Source: Dicyema japonicum
Lineage: Eukaryota; Animalia; Dicyemida
Assembly (NCBI GenBank): GCA_011109175.1
Contig: RDEW01000024.1
Span: 427,199 to 491,198 of the forward strand
Direction of reading: 5' to 3'
DNA: 64,000 nt
Under the pieces are notes generated by a model that was not told the DNA's origin, did no database searches, and saw only the letters and a list, made by a program, of their open reading frames with translations. The translations under genes and the position numbers were made by a program. Position 1 is the stretch's first letter. Each line of letters opens with the position of its first letter. This document shows positions 1-12,019 of the stretch, one piece after another.

Positions 1-175
1 GTGACAGCAGAAGTCTCCCTCTTATTTCGGAGGGTAGACTTAATAGCCACAACAGGTATTTTGCATTCATGTCCCCACAGATGGGAGCGTTGGCCAAGAT
101 AGAAAGATCAGATAGTTCGGCTATAACAAAGTCATTCGGACATTAGCATGGTGGTGGGAATATATGCTAATAATG
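1..175 (-). mobile_element. Decayed LINE AP-endonuclease fragment
   Basis: Minus strand encodes a CGDMNAKY motif (the GDFNA motif of APE domains) amid stops. Confidence 0.4.
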
Positions 176-399
176 GAAATTTTTTTTATTTTGAAGTGGA
201 ATTAAAATTTCAAAAAAAATAATTCCCGTTTATAGATTCTAACCGACATTTTGAGAACAAGGTAACTTCTCTGAAGAAAATGATAATTCTAAAAACTGTC
301 TCAAAAACACTTGAGCCTTGTCACAGTTTATGAACAATTTATCTGACCCACGATGACGTGTGCAAACCCATAGTGGCCAATGCCGATTTCTCACTCCTC

Positions 400-700
400 G
401 TCCATGAAACTATCAGCAGTCAGAAGGCTGCATTAAATTTAATTGTACCAGAACACAAAATCTTAATAGAATTACAACAGAAACTCTTAAAGGAGGCTAG
501 TCTACCGAATGCCCTCTGTTCCATAAACTATCAAAATATCTACAATCATAAAGTTTGAGTCGATGTCATGCCCAATTAGAAGTGCTGTATAGGATTATCG
601 ACCCCACCGGACTCGTCCTCTCCCTTGTCGGTCTGGGATCACTTAGTTAATCGAGAACGTTTATTTCTTTCTCTTTGACTTAGTGAAAGAATAATAATTA
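400..700 (+). mobile_element. 3' end of I/Jockey-like LINE (family A, ORF ending ..GIT*)
   Basis: 609-700 (ggactcgtcctc..gggatcacttagtt..aataataatt) recurs at 9209-9311 and 36987-37072; TAA-repeat tail; same GIT* terminus as the RT ORF ending at 3729. Confidence 0.6.
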
Positions 701-967
701 TACAAAGACTTGTAGCTTCTTAAACAATAGACATGAAAACTTATTTAGTATAAAATGAAATTCTGGTTTTTATCTAATGGTGTCTCCAATTTTCTACACT
801 TACGTTCGCTTTCTTCAGCCTAAAACTGCCTTCTGGTCTCATCCTCCTAAAACCCAATTATGATCAGACAAATAATTAGCAAAGCAATAGGACGCCAAAT
901 AGACTCTACCTCCTTCTGATCAGTCCACTTAACACCCAATAAAATAAAGTAACGAAAACTATTAAAA

Positions 968-1357
968 CTATAAACTAGATCCATATGATCGTAAGGCTGA
1001 TTTGAATTTGCTTATCTTAACCTCTTCATGAGATATTTTTTGAATTGATTCTCGGATTTTCTAGTATTAGGTAATATTACAACATCAATATTATCCTCAA
1101 TAATCTTTCCTTCTTGTTCATAAGCATTGTACAAGTTCTCTTCGATGGACTGAAATGTGGTCATTACCTTCCAATAATGAAAATTAATTACTAGTTTTTC
1201 CATTTCTTCCTTGAATTTGTTTAGAATTAATATATCCTCATCTCTCTTTTTATTCAAATCAGAGATTATCTCCTGAAGTGAGTTGTTTAGATCAGTGGAA
1301 AAATTACTAATATTATTTAGTAGATTACCACTTCTGACTGTCTCCCTCCTGGCTCAT
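968..1357 (-). CDS. SYCE2: Synaptonemal complex central element protein 2 (106 aa, 3 micro-introns)
   Basis: Introns 1307-1328 (22 nt), 1168-1191 (24 nt) and 1061-1083 (23 nt) give ..LQEIISDLNKKRDEDILILNKFKEEMEKLVMTTFQSIEENLYNAYEQEGKIIEDNIDKIRESIQKISHEE.., which aligns without gaps to the SYCE2 core as I recall it (QELIENINKSRQKDHALMTNFRNSLKTKVSDLTEKLEERIYQIYNDHNKIIQEKLQEFTQKMAKISHLE). Confidence 0.8.
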
Positions 1358-2099
1358 TTTATATTTATCAAATTTACCGCCTAATTTAAATTTTTAATTT
1401 AATTTTTTTAATTAATTAAATAAAATAAAAATTATAAAGGGACTACTGACAAACTGGGTAAATAAAAAAATAAGACAATAGTATTTGGTTACAAATAAAT
1501 ATGAGACATAATCAAATAAGTCTTCCTAATGCTGAGTAGGTCACGTTTCAACCATCCAGAGGAGTTCTTCTTGGACGGCACTGGGAAGCTTCCAAAGATC
1601 AATTGTGGAGACTTTTAAATTAATTTCTTATTTTGATAACTGAGTCAGTTGCTTGGTCACTTTTCTTCGTAAAATGGATTGGTTTTCATTTACCGTATAT
1701 CCTCATGCCTTCTGCACTATTGAAGTAGTGTGTTATCAAGGGACTTGAAGTTAGTCGAGTTGAAATCAATAAATAATAGTCGACCAAGTCAACAAACTTT
1801 CTCCTCGACATTTTTGTAGTCAGTGAATAACATGAGTTTCCCGAAAACGATGCCACAAGGCGGCGAAAAGGAAAAAAGGTTATTTTCCCTAACTATTATT
1901 TCTTTGCCTACTAATGAGTTAAATGGTAAAAACGATAATCGTGGCACTAGATTAAAGTTGTGTAAGAAGAATTGTGCTCCATGGAACTCGATAACTATTA
2001 GGTTGTTGAAAAAGCTGTGCAGAAACTTTTTTTCATATATGATGGATGCCACTTTCCTATGGAATAGAGGGAATCCTAGGAAAATAATATCCTCTCTCA

Positions 2100-2760
2100 G
2101 TATTGCCCACATCTCAACGGTTACACGTCCTTGGTATGGGTCGAACGTAGACCATTGTGTCCGACACTGCTGCTCCCAGAGTAATATAATACAGCCGACC
2201 GTAGACAGTGATTGACATTGTATAGTGCTCATTCCGATTTATGTATTAGTTAGATCCATTAGGGCTGTTGGATGCTTTTCTATGTTTCTTTTGAGCGAGT
2301 CTCTTGTTGAAGGAATTATCTCATCATTGCTGGTTAGTGAGTGTAACGCCATTGTACATCTCCCATAGATTTCCCATACGATTCCTCTTCCTGGACGATG
2401 ATATTGAGTTTTCATTAAGTGACAAAACTCCAAGGGTGACTTCGAGGTTAAAACTTTCGTTTCTCGAGGCAATCCTCTTGATGATTGACTTTAAATTTCC
2501 TTCTTTCAGTTCTGTTGAGCTCAGAGTTCAAGAAGTGCAAAGCATAAAAGACAGTTCCATGCATTCCCATGTCAGCCTCGATTACTTTGGCGATTTATTG
2601 CTATTCAATGGTCTAGCTCCTGTGGAAGGCCTGTCGCGAGTTTCGATTATTTGACAAACGACGCTGAGTCTCTTCTAATAACACGTCCACAGTTCGGATT
2701 TGTTTTGCACGTGCCATCAAATTGGTTAACCGACTCCTATGCTGGTCTACTGATACTTAG
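2100..2760 (-). mobile_element. Decayed CRE-clade non-LTR retrotransposon, N-terminal/pre-RT region
   Basis: ALHSLTSNDEIIPSTRDSLKRNIEKHP and GSSSVGHNGLRSTHTKD match CRE pre-RT motifs; many stops. Confidence 0.6.
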
Positions 2761-2880
2761 GCCGGCATTTGCTTGATGTGGAAATTGACTCACTTTTTTG
2801 GAATTTTTTTTTATTTTTTCAGCTTTATTTTAATATTAAAATCCGTCCATTTATCCGGGAGTTATTGTGTCACATACATA

Positions 2881-5657
2881 CAGTAAAGTCCCTTAAGTTG
2901 GCCCAAAATTGTTCTTGAACTATTTTTAGATGCGTGGAACCTTCCACTAGGTAACATCAGCGAGAATCGAATTCGTGACCTAAGCCACTTTGCCCGACAC
3001 CTAACCACTATTCCCCGGTTCTTCTTTATAATTTTTGAAAATTTCTTCAAAGTGATCTACAAATCCTTATAGGTAAGGTTGTTGTCAGTTATCATTTCCC
3101 CATGTAATTCAAAAACCATGTCTTTTTTTGAATCTTGTAAGAAATCCTTTCGAAATCTTGAAATCACTAATTGATTAATATTCCTATCAATATTTTGTGC
3201 TTTATTTGATATTATCATCATTTAACAAAGCACATATAAAAATACCCTTAGATTGCATCAAATCCATCCATTCAACAAGCTTAGTATTAAATTTAGGAAA
3301 TTAACGATTTGCATGTCTTTGTTTAAAGAATATAATTTTTAGATATTTTAAACATGGACTCTGAGCAATGAAGAATATTATTCACTGTTTTTCTTGAAAT
3401 TCGAATATTAAATAAATCAGAAATCTGTGAGCGATTTTTTGGCACGATTTAGTATTATTCTCGTCTTTATATATATCAAAATTTGATTTTTTTGGAAACA
3501 ATTAAGCCTTGTATAACTGCAATGAGAAGCTTTCTAACAGATGGTAAAATTTTTATTTTTAAAAAAAATATTTTTTTTATTGAAATGAATTACCGAGAAG
3601 GATTATGGCTGAGACATAAGATTGGAATAACCAGAACACGTTCGCGATCCACGAAGCATGCTTTTTCAACTAACATTTGTTTCTTTGGCTTAAATAATAA
3701 TTATTATTTCTTAACCACTAACTAATATTCAGGTGATCCCGGCATCTCTCAATAATCGGGCCATTTTTTCTCGATGCTCCAACCGTGATCCCACACATTT
3801 TCTATACGGACGGGGGTCTTTTTCCTCTCCTCTTCTGAAATTGCCTCCAGTTGCCTCTATGATAGACTCGAGTGCTCTGGGGGCAATTTCTTTATCTGTA
3901 TATTTTTCCAGTAATTTTATTGCTCTTGGCTGGATCTCTTGAATTTTTGTTAGGTTCGTTGCCGACAGGTTAGATCCCCATGCAGCACATGCATAGCCTA
4001 TTGTTGGCTCGACATACTGCTTGTAGAGGGTCCCGATACCTGGCGGATAAATTCCTCCACAGTTCCAAAGGAAGGCTTTTACAAAATTGATCTTCTTTGC
4101 ACAGGTTGATATGATGGATTCCACATGGGCTGAGAAGCAGAGGAAAGTATCAAAAGTTACTCCCAGTATCTTCTGCGATTTCTTTTGTGGTATAGGTACT
4201 CCATTTAACGTGACATCAATTGTTTGCGTTCCCATCTTTCTATTCTTAGTAAATAGAGTGACTGCTGACTTTTCGGAACATGCATTTAATCGATTCTCGC
4301 ACAACCATCCATATATGTTATTTAGTATTCCTTGTAGTCTTTCTTTAGCATGTTCGACATTTACGTCCCTAGATGCGACAACTATGTCATCGGCATAGGA
4401 AAGTAGCATGTCATTATTATTCATAGGTACGGGGAGATCACTCAAAAACAAATTAAAAAGGATTGGTGACAGAGGAGATCCTTGGGGTACACCATTGGGT
4501 AATAATCCCGATCTGGAACTCTTGTTTCCGACACTTTCCCTCGGCGTCCACTTACGAAATTTGTAATTATAACTTTAATGGTGCATCAATTTTTGTCAAA
4601 AATATTTTTTGTATTAGGATCTTCCGTGTGACAGAGAGGAAAGCTTTTTGAATGTCGATCGTGCATATGACCGATTTTTCCTGTTTTGGCTTGATCTTGT
4701 GTCTTTCAGTTATGAACTTTATTAATGTTGTTAGAAAGGAGGTTGTTGATAATCCTTCCTTGAAGCCATGTAGGAATGTAGGTTGTGGGAGAAAAGGGTG
4801 AATAACTTTAAGGACCAGTTTCTCCAGAATCCTCGACAAAACATATATAAGGTAAACTGGTCTGTAAGAGCCGGGATCGTTCTTTGGTCTTCGCAGCTTC
4901 AATATTGGTCGAATTTTTGATAGTTTCCACAAAGTCGGTATGGTATTTCTGTTCAGCGATGTGTTGTAGATGTTTGTTAATGCATTTATTGATGCTGGGC
5001 CCAAGTGTTTCAGCAGAATAAGAGGAATTCCGTCTGGACCACAATAGTTTGTTTTTTTCTGATTTGATATTGCTTTGGATACATCTTTAGGAGAAAATAA
5101 GTCAGCGGGGCCATTTTGGATGGCTTTCTCTTTATTTTCGATTGTGTGTTAATCTTTTTATAAGGAATGTGACTGATTCGAATACAATGTTTCATAAATT
5201 TATTCAGATTAAGCTTGCATTGTTCTTTGTTATCTTCGAATTCTGGATTTTTCAGACGCCTCAACATCTTCCACATGTTGAAAATTAAGGTCTGATAATT
5301 TATGGCAACAGAGATTCGCAAGAGTTTCTTCCTTTAGGTGTTGTTTGTGCTTTTCGTGATGAGAATGTTTAGTGACCTGATTCGATTAATGACCTCTCGT
5401 GAGCGATGTGTCATTCTCTTAAGGTTGTTTCTTTCCATAATTATTTTCTTGTTTTTGAGTTGTATTTCAATTTTTCGTTTTTTATATATGCTTTTCTGAT
5501 AAAATTTTTTCTCCCGTCAATGAATTAAAAAAATAAATAAAATAATTGTCTTTAATTAAAAAATAAATTAAATAATTGAAAAAGATTAGTAAAAATAAAA
5601 TTTATGTTTTTAATAATTGGCCAATTTAAGGGTTGGCCAACTAGAGGGACTTCACTG
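2881..5657 (-). mobile_element. pogo/Tigger DNA transposon remnant with a nested LINE
   Basis: TIRs cagtaaagtcccttaagttggcc (2881) and, as reverse complement, cagtgaagtccctctagttggcc (ends 5657), both flanked by TA. CENP-B-type HTH remnants at about 3240-3480 (YKDENNTKSCQKIAHRF..KLVEWMDLMQSKG) are homologous to the 30172 element. Confidence 0.75.
3700..5420 (-). mobile_element. I/Jockey-like LINE reverse transcriptase, frameshifted
   Basis: WKLSKIRPILK, SYRPV, DIQKAF, GVPQGS, YADD and KILGVTFD motifs; several stops and frameshifts; inserted inside the pogo element. Confidence 0.9.
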
Positions 5658-5743
5658 TATTTATTATTAAGTAAAATTAATAATAAAATTTTTACTTGAT
5701 ACGTGTTAATTAAACTTGTTGGTTGGTGAGTATATGGTCACGA

Positions 5744-6086
5744 TTCTGTGATGTTAGCCGCGTAGCGCCATGTGGTGTTTCGTGACTAGTTGGTCGAAGT
5801 TTCTGTTTGTTCGTCTGTTCCTCTTCTCTCTTCTTATTAGAGTGGCGTCATGTGATCCACCTGTCTAGGTGGCGCCCAGTGCCAGGCCGGCACGAAAAAG
5901 GATCATTTGCTCTCCCCACTCCACTGGAGGGGTTTCTACAACTGCATGTAATGGAGCCTTTTACCTTTTATGTTGATTCCGGATGGACTCTGTTTCTGTA
6001 TAAGTGGAAACTGGATACACTTAATTAGTTGATTACTTTAACTTCTTTCTTTGTGTATCCGGGGTTAATAAATATATAATAAATAA
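5744..6086 (+). mobile_element. Short non-autonomous retroposon (SINE-like or internally deleted LINE)
   Basis: Near-TSD atggtcacga (5734-5743) / atagtcacga (6087-6096); 5' gcgccatgtggt shared with the LINE 5' region near 51260; 3' hairpin ctggatacac..gtgtatccgg plus A/T tail, with the gtgtatccggggtt end also near 15460. Confidence 0.5.
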
Positions 6087-7571
6087 ATAGTCACGAACAC
6101 TGAAGCTAATTTTTGCAAGAAATGTTCAGAGTTTGTAGTCAACTTAGATGAGGTACTTTTTTTGTTCAAATTGTTCAATTGAAATATTCGTCCATTGAGT
6201 GCTTATTTATTTAAAACAAGGACTCACCGAGAAATTAAGAGAATACGTGACTGTCATGTGATCCCAGCCTCCTAATTTTGCACGAAATATGATTAGTGGT
6301 ATTATTATGCACATTCGCGACAACAAGATAGTTAATCAATTGACGTCGCTTGTGCCGCGTCCTGGATGATCTTTGCTGTATGACGCCTCAACGCTCTCTC
6401 CCACCGTATATGTTTATGCAACTTAGAAGCAGAACAGGAATCGCAAATATATCAACATATTTAAAAAACCGAAGTTTTTCTCGCACCCATTGTAGAAGGT
6501 GTAATAAAGAGCGTAGCATCTCGAATATTGAGTTGATTTTGTACATCAGGGAAAGTGGGAGCATGAATGAGGAACACAAATATTAAATAGTAGGAACTAC
6601 GGTTTGTCGGCATAGTTTTAGTCTTCTAGTCGATATGGGCTTTTCAAAGCACTCAGAGATTCAATTTTAGTTTTTTCGTTTGGATTTGGTTGAGGTGTCA
6701 GATGGAGCTTATCGATGTGTCAAATTCCATTCCAAAGATCTTAGGATTCTATTTCAGAACTACTTCGAATGTGACCTTGTACCCACGATCTGATGTGAAT
6801 AAAGTGAAGTAGATTTTGATGCAATAATTGATAACATTAAAACCCCCTAACGTATTCACTATGAGGGATCTGCTCTTAGAGGCGATAATAATATCACCTG
6901 CATGAAACATAATTAGTATCTGAGATCGTCAATCTGATGGACATCACGAAGAAATAAATTCAAACAAAATCGGAGAAAGTGGGGACTCTGTAATAGTTTG
7001 GATCTCAACCTGCTGTTTCCCAATACGCCGCCCGGAAAGTAAGTTTTCAGCCAGTTCTGAGATTAGGATGAATATTGGTGTGAAAAAAAAATTATAAAGT
7101 GTGTCTTCAAAAAAACGTCTTAGATTTTTTTAAAATCCTTTCCTCTTTCCTGGTTTGTACAAGGTCAATAATCCCATCTCCAACTTCAAAAAGAGTGTTC
7201 AAATACGGAGTTAAAATATTTTTGTAATAAGATCCATTAGTTCCATAGGAGATACTTGATCATTTTCAGTTTATTGATGGTCAAGTGAGTCTCACCAATA
7301 ATATCGGTAGATTTAATTTACTTGCTGATTTCTCAAACAGATCAAAAGACGAGCTTTCATTTCTGTTCAATTGTTTGCAATAATCTAAGTTTTTTCTATA
7401 TCGTCTACGCAGTTCCTGATTGTCATGAGCAAAAATCTTTGTCGTTGAATACATAATGTAATATGTCACATGGGCCAAGCGTTACCTATGGGCAGCCTGT
7501 TACATTAACCTTGAACCAAGATTAACTTCAATTAATTATATAAATGATTTATTAACCACAAAAAATTAAAT

Positions 7572-9066
7572 TTAAGTAACTTTTTTTAGTCTACTCATTA
7601 ATACAGTCGATATTTCTCCTTTCGAATTTTTTATCTATCAAATTAAACTATTTAAAACTACCTCCACGCGATTATTCGATAAAATATTAATTATTTCTGC
7701 AACTGGATAATACTGAGACTCAAACTTATCCAGTCGCAATGAGGGATTTGTTCCAAAGTCCTTTTTAGCCCGAACCTATTTATTAATGTTTTTGATTCAT
7801 ACTTTATCTCCCATGTTAAAAGTATATTTACTATTATGAACATTCATTTTCCTGTTCATAGCTTTGTAATAATTAGAATTTTCTTCAATCGATTTAATTT
7901 CGAAGTTGAATCTCTTCGCATTCGGACACAAATTATCTGACTGGGAATTATCTAGATATAAATTTTTTAAATCAAACTACGTGAATTTTAATAGATTCTG
8001 GAGTCGAACAATTAACCAAATCGTCAATTTGTTCTGGAATCGCACACTCATCACTTAAATTATCTAAGTCATAATGTTAAGTATAACCATTAATTATTGA
8101 ATTTATTCCCTTAATTCCTCGATATCTTTCGAAAGGACTTTCGTTAGAAAATGAATGGACCGATATGTTGTAACTGTAGACAGCACTTTCTAATTTATCA
8201 AGCCACTTTTTTTCACTGTTATCCAGCATTTTTGACAACTTCCTCGTGATCGTCTGATTAAATCTTTCGACAATTCCTTGTGCTCGTGGATTGTTAGGCC
8301 TTCCGTGAATTTGCTTAATGTTAAAATCTTCGCAAAGTTTTGTTATTTCTTGATTTTTAAATTCAGAACCATTGTCCGACTGAAGAAATTTACATGGCCC
8401 ATTCAGGCGGAACAAAGATCTTAAGTTTTCACATACTTCTTTACCAGACTTATTATAGAGTGGTCGTACAAAAGCGAATCTATAAATTAAAAAAAAACCA
8501 ACCTACTATATATGTCAATGACCGTTAAAACCCATTTGAAATTTTCATTTAATGTTGAAAATTTTTTCAGGTCTATTAGATCTACTGAAAACGTTCATTT
8601 GGAGAAGAAGCAAACACATGGTGATTTATATCTCCAATCTACAAAAAATCACGAACTTTTAAAGGACGCGAAAATTTGCAGACTTCACAATTTCGAATGA
8701 CTTTTCTGATAATCTCATTCTTTACAGTGAAGTATCTTTGTCGACATTCATACTCAATTTTATTGACTCCTCCGTGTGAAAACTCGTGCAACGATTTCGC
8801 AACATGCTCCATTTCGGTTTCATTATCCAGGGATATGACTAACTTGGGATCAGTTGATTTAAGATACAGTCTAAAATTATTGAAAATTTACAATACCTGT
8901 CATTGATAATAGAAAAATTCTCTATCTTCTTTACAAGCCTATATTTTCGGTGCCTCGGAAGATTTTCGGGAAATTTATCATGCAAAGCATCTTTTAAAGT
9001 TTGATATTCAACGCAATCTTTCACAAAACCCTTGTAAGAAGCCATTGCAACAAAATAATCTTCCAT
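7572..9066 (-). CDS. Ginger-type DDE integrase/transposase with about 7 micro-introns
   Basis: HHCC finger (LHEFSHGGVNK..NCEVC), D-D-E core (VDLID / SDNGSEF / QGIVERFN) and C-terminal FNMGDKVRAKKDF..VLMSRLKKVT*. Introns 8871-8896, 8639-8656, 8480-8502, 8064-8087, about 7941-7980, 7776-7802 and 7635-7661; one apparent -1 indel near 8585. Confidence 0.8.
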
Positions 9067-9208
9067 GCTATAAATCACGCTAGAAATCTAGGTTTACCGC
9101 TATAAAAAATAAAATCTTTATAATCATAACATTTATGAATAAAAAACTAATTTAACAGGATTAAATCACGATATAAATCGGATATATAAAATTAAATGTC
9201 GGATAATC

Positions 9209-9311
9209 CAATGAGGGACTCATCCTCACCTTTGTCGGTCTGGGATCACTTAGTTAGATGAGAACTTTTATTTCTTTCTTTTTGACCCAGTGATCCTGGG
9301 GTAATAATAAT
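9209..9311 (+). mobile_element. 5'-truncated LINE family A insertion inside the Ginger element
   Basis: TSD aatgtcggataatc at 9195-9208 and 9312-9325; (TAA)n tail. Confidence 0.8.
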
Positions 9312-9511
9312 AATGTCGGATAATCAAAAGACCTTTTCAAGGTCGAAAAAATGTAACAGGCTGCCCATGCGTTACGCGCCGCCCATGTGACATAATAAGC
9401 GAACAGAAAGGAACATTTGAGTTTTTAATTTTTTAATTTCAATTTTTTTGACGCTTTCGTTTATTTTCCTAAATTTCCCACATTTAGCATCTTTATCTCA
9501 TAAGTAGAATA

Positions 9512-9561
9512 ATAATAATAACAGCCTTTTTCACGGAGCCGTTGTATTAGCTCCGCATAGG
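9512..9561 (-). mobile_element. 50-bp retroposon 3' terminus (family B)
   Basis: Perfect 13-bp TSD cataagtagaata (9499-9511, 9562-9574); hairpin ggagc..gctcc plus (TTA)n tail; same sequence at about 55283-55328. Confidence 0.8.
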
Positions 9562-9975
9562 CATAAGTAGAATACTAAACAGAAAATGAAAATTTATTCT
9601 GAAATTTTATTTTTTAATTTACTCATATTTGTGTAAATAATAGATAAATTTTAATTTGTTATATTTAACTTTTTAAAATTTGTAATAAAAATGAAAATAG
9701 GAAATACAAGACGAGATCATCGATAATATAATATTGAATTTATGAGAAATTTAAATGACAAAAAGACTTTTAATTTAAAATAAATCAAAAAAAGTAATTC
9801 AATTCACCAGTTGGTTATAGAATAAAGATGACTTATTGTATCGTATTGTTGGACAGCGGATATTAGTGGAATCCTCAGGTTTTGATTAGAACAGAATGTA
9901 AAATTATTTTGGTGACTAAATTATATTATTACTAATAACTAAGCATATAAATACAAATTCTCTTCCCAAAACAAT

Positions 9976-11542
<1,567 letters not shown>

Positions 11543-12019
11543 TTAGTAATCAAATGATTTAACGATAGTTTAGTTATTAGTTTAGTTATGGAGTTGTTTA
11601 CTTTTTGAAGTTATTTTCGTTTATTGCGATCAATTTCAGGGCTTAACTTATCAGTTTACAGTATGATAAAATGGCTTGCGTCGCAATTAGCTTAGGATTT
11701 TCACATTGTTACTCACTCATACGAAACATTTTTTCTCTTTATTTCTTATTGTGAACGTTCTTTTCAATGTTAAAAAATACAAACATATTTGAGGTCTTCG
11801 ATGTCTAATTCAGGCCTGTCAAATTTATCTTGATCAGCATTGAAAACAATTTCCTGACAAACGAGGTGAGCTGTGGTACAGACTTTTGTTGACAGCAAAG
11901 GAACGATTTTACATAGAAGACTTTTTTATTATTTAATAAATTAATGATACACCTTACTTGATATTTATTTATGTATGAAAACATGATTTATTTATTCACG
12001 ATTTTTTAAGTTAGTTATA

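Larger units (their letters stand above)
7464..9392 (-). mobile_element. Ginger-like (Gypsy-integrase-related) DNA transposon, full length 1929 bp
   Basis: Imperfect TIRs tgtcacatgggc..atgggcagcctgttacatt at both ends (TGT..ACA); 5-bp TSD TAATA at 7459-7463 and 9393-9397; single integrase gene, no RT or LTR. Confidence 0.9.

Noticed and set aside
1373-1380. tttaccgc shared upstream of SYCE2 and the Ginger gene (9093-9100) as a promoter motif
   Set aside because: Only two cases, and the same 8-mer occurs as an ordinary splice donor near 49540.
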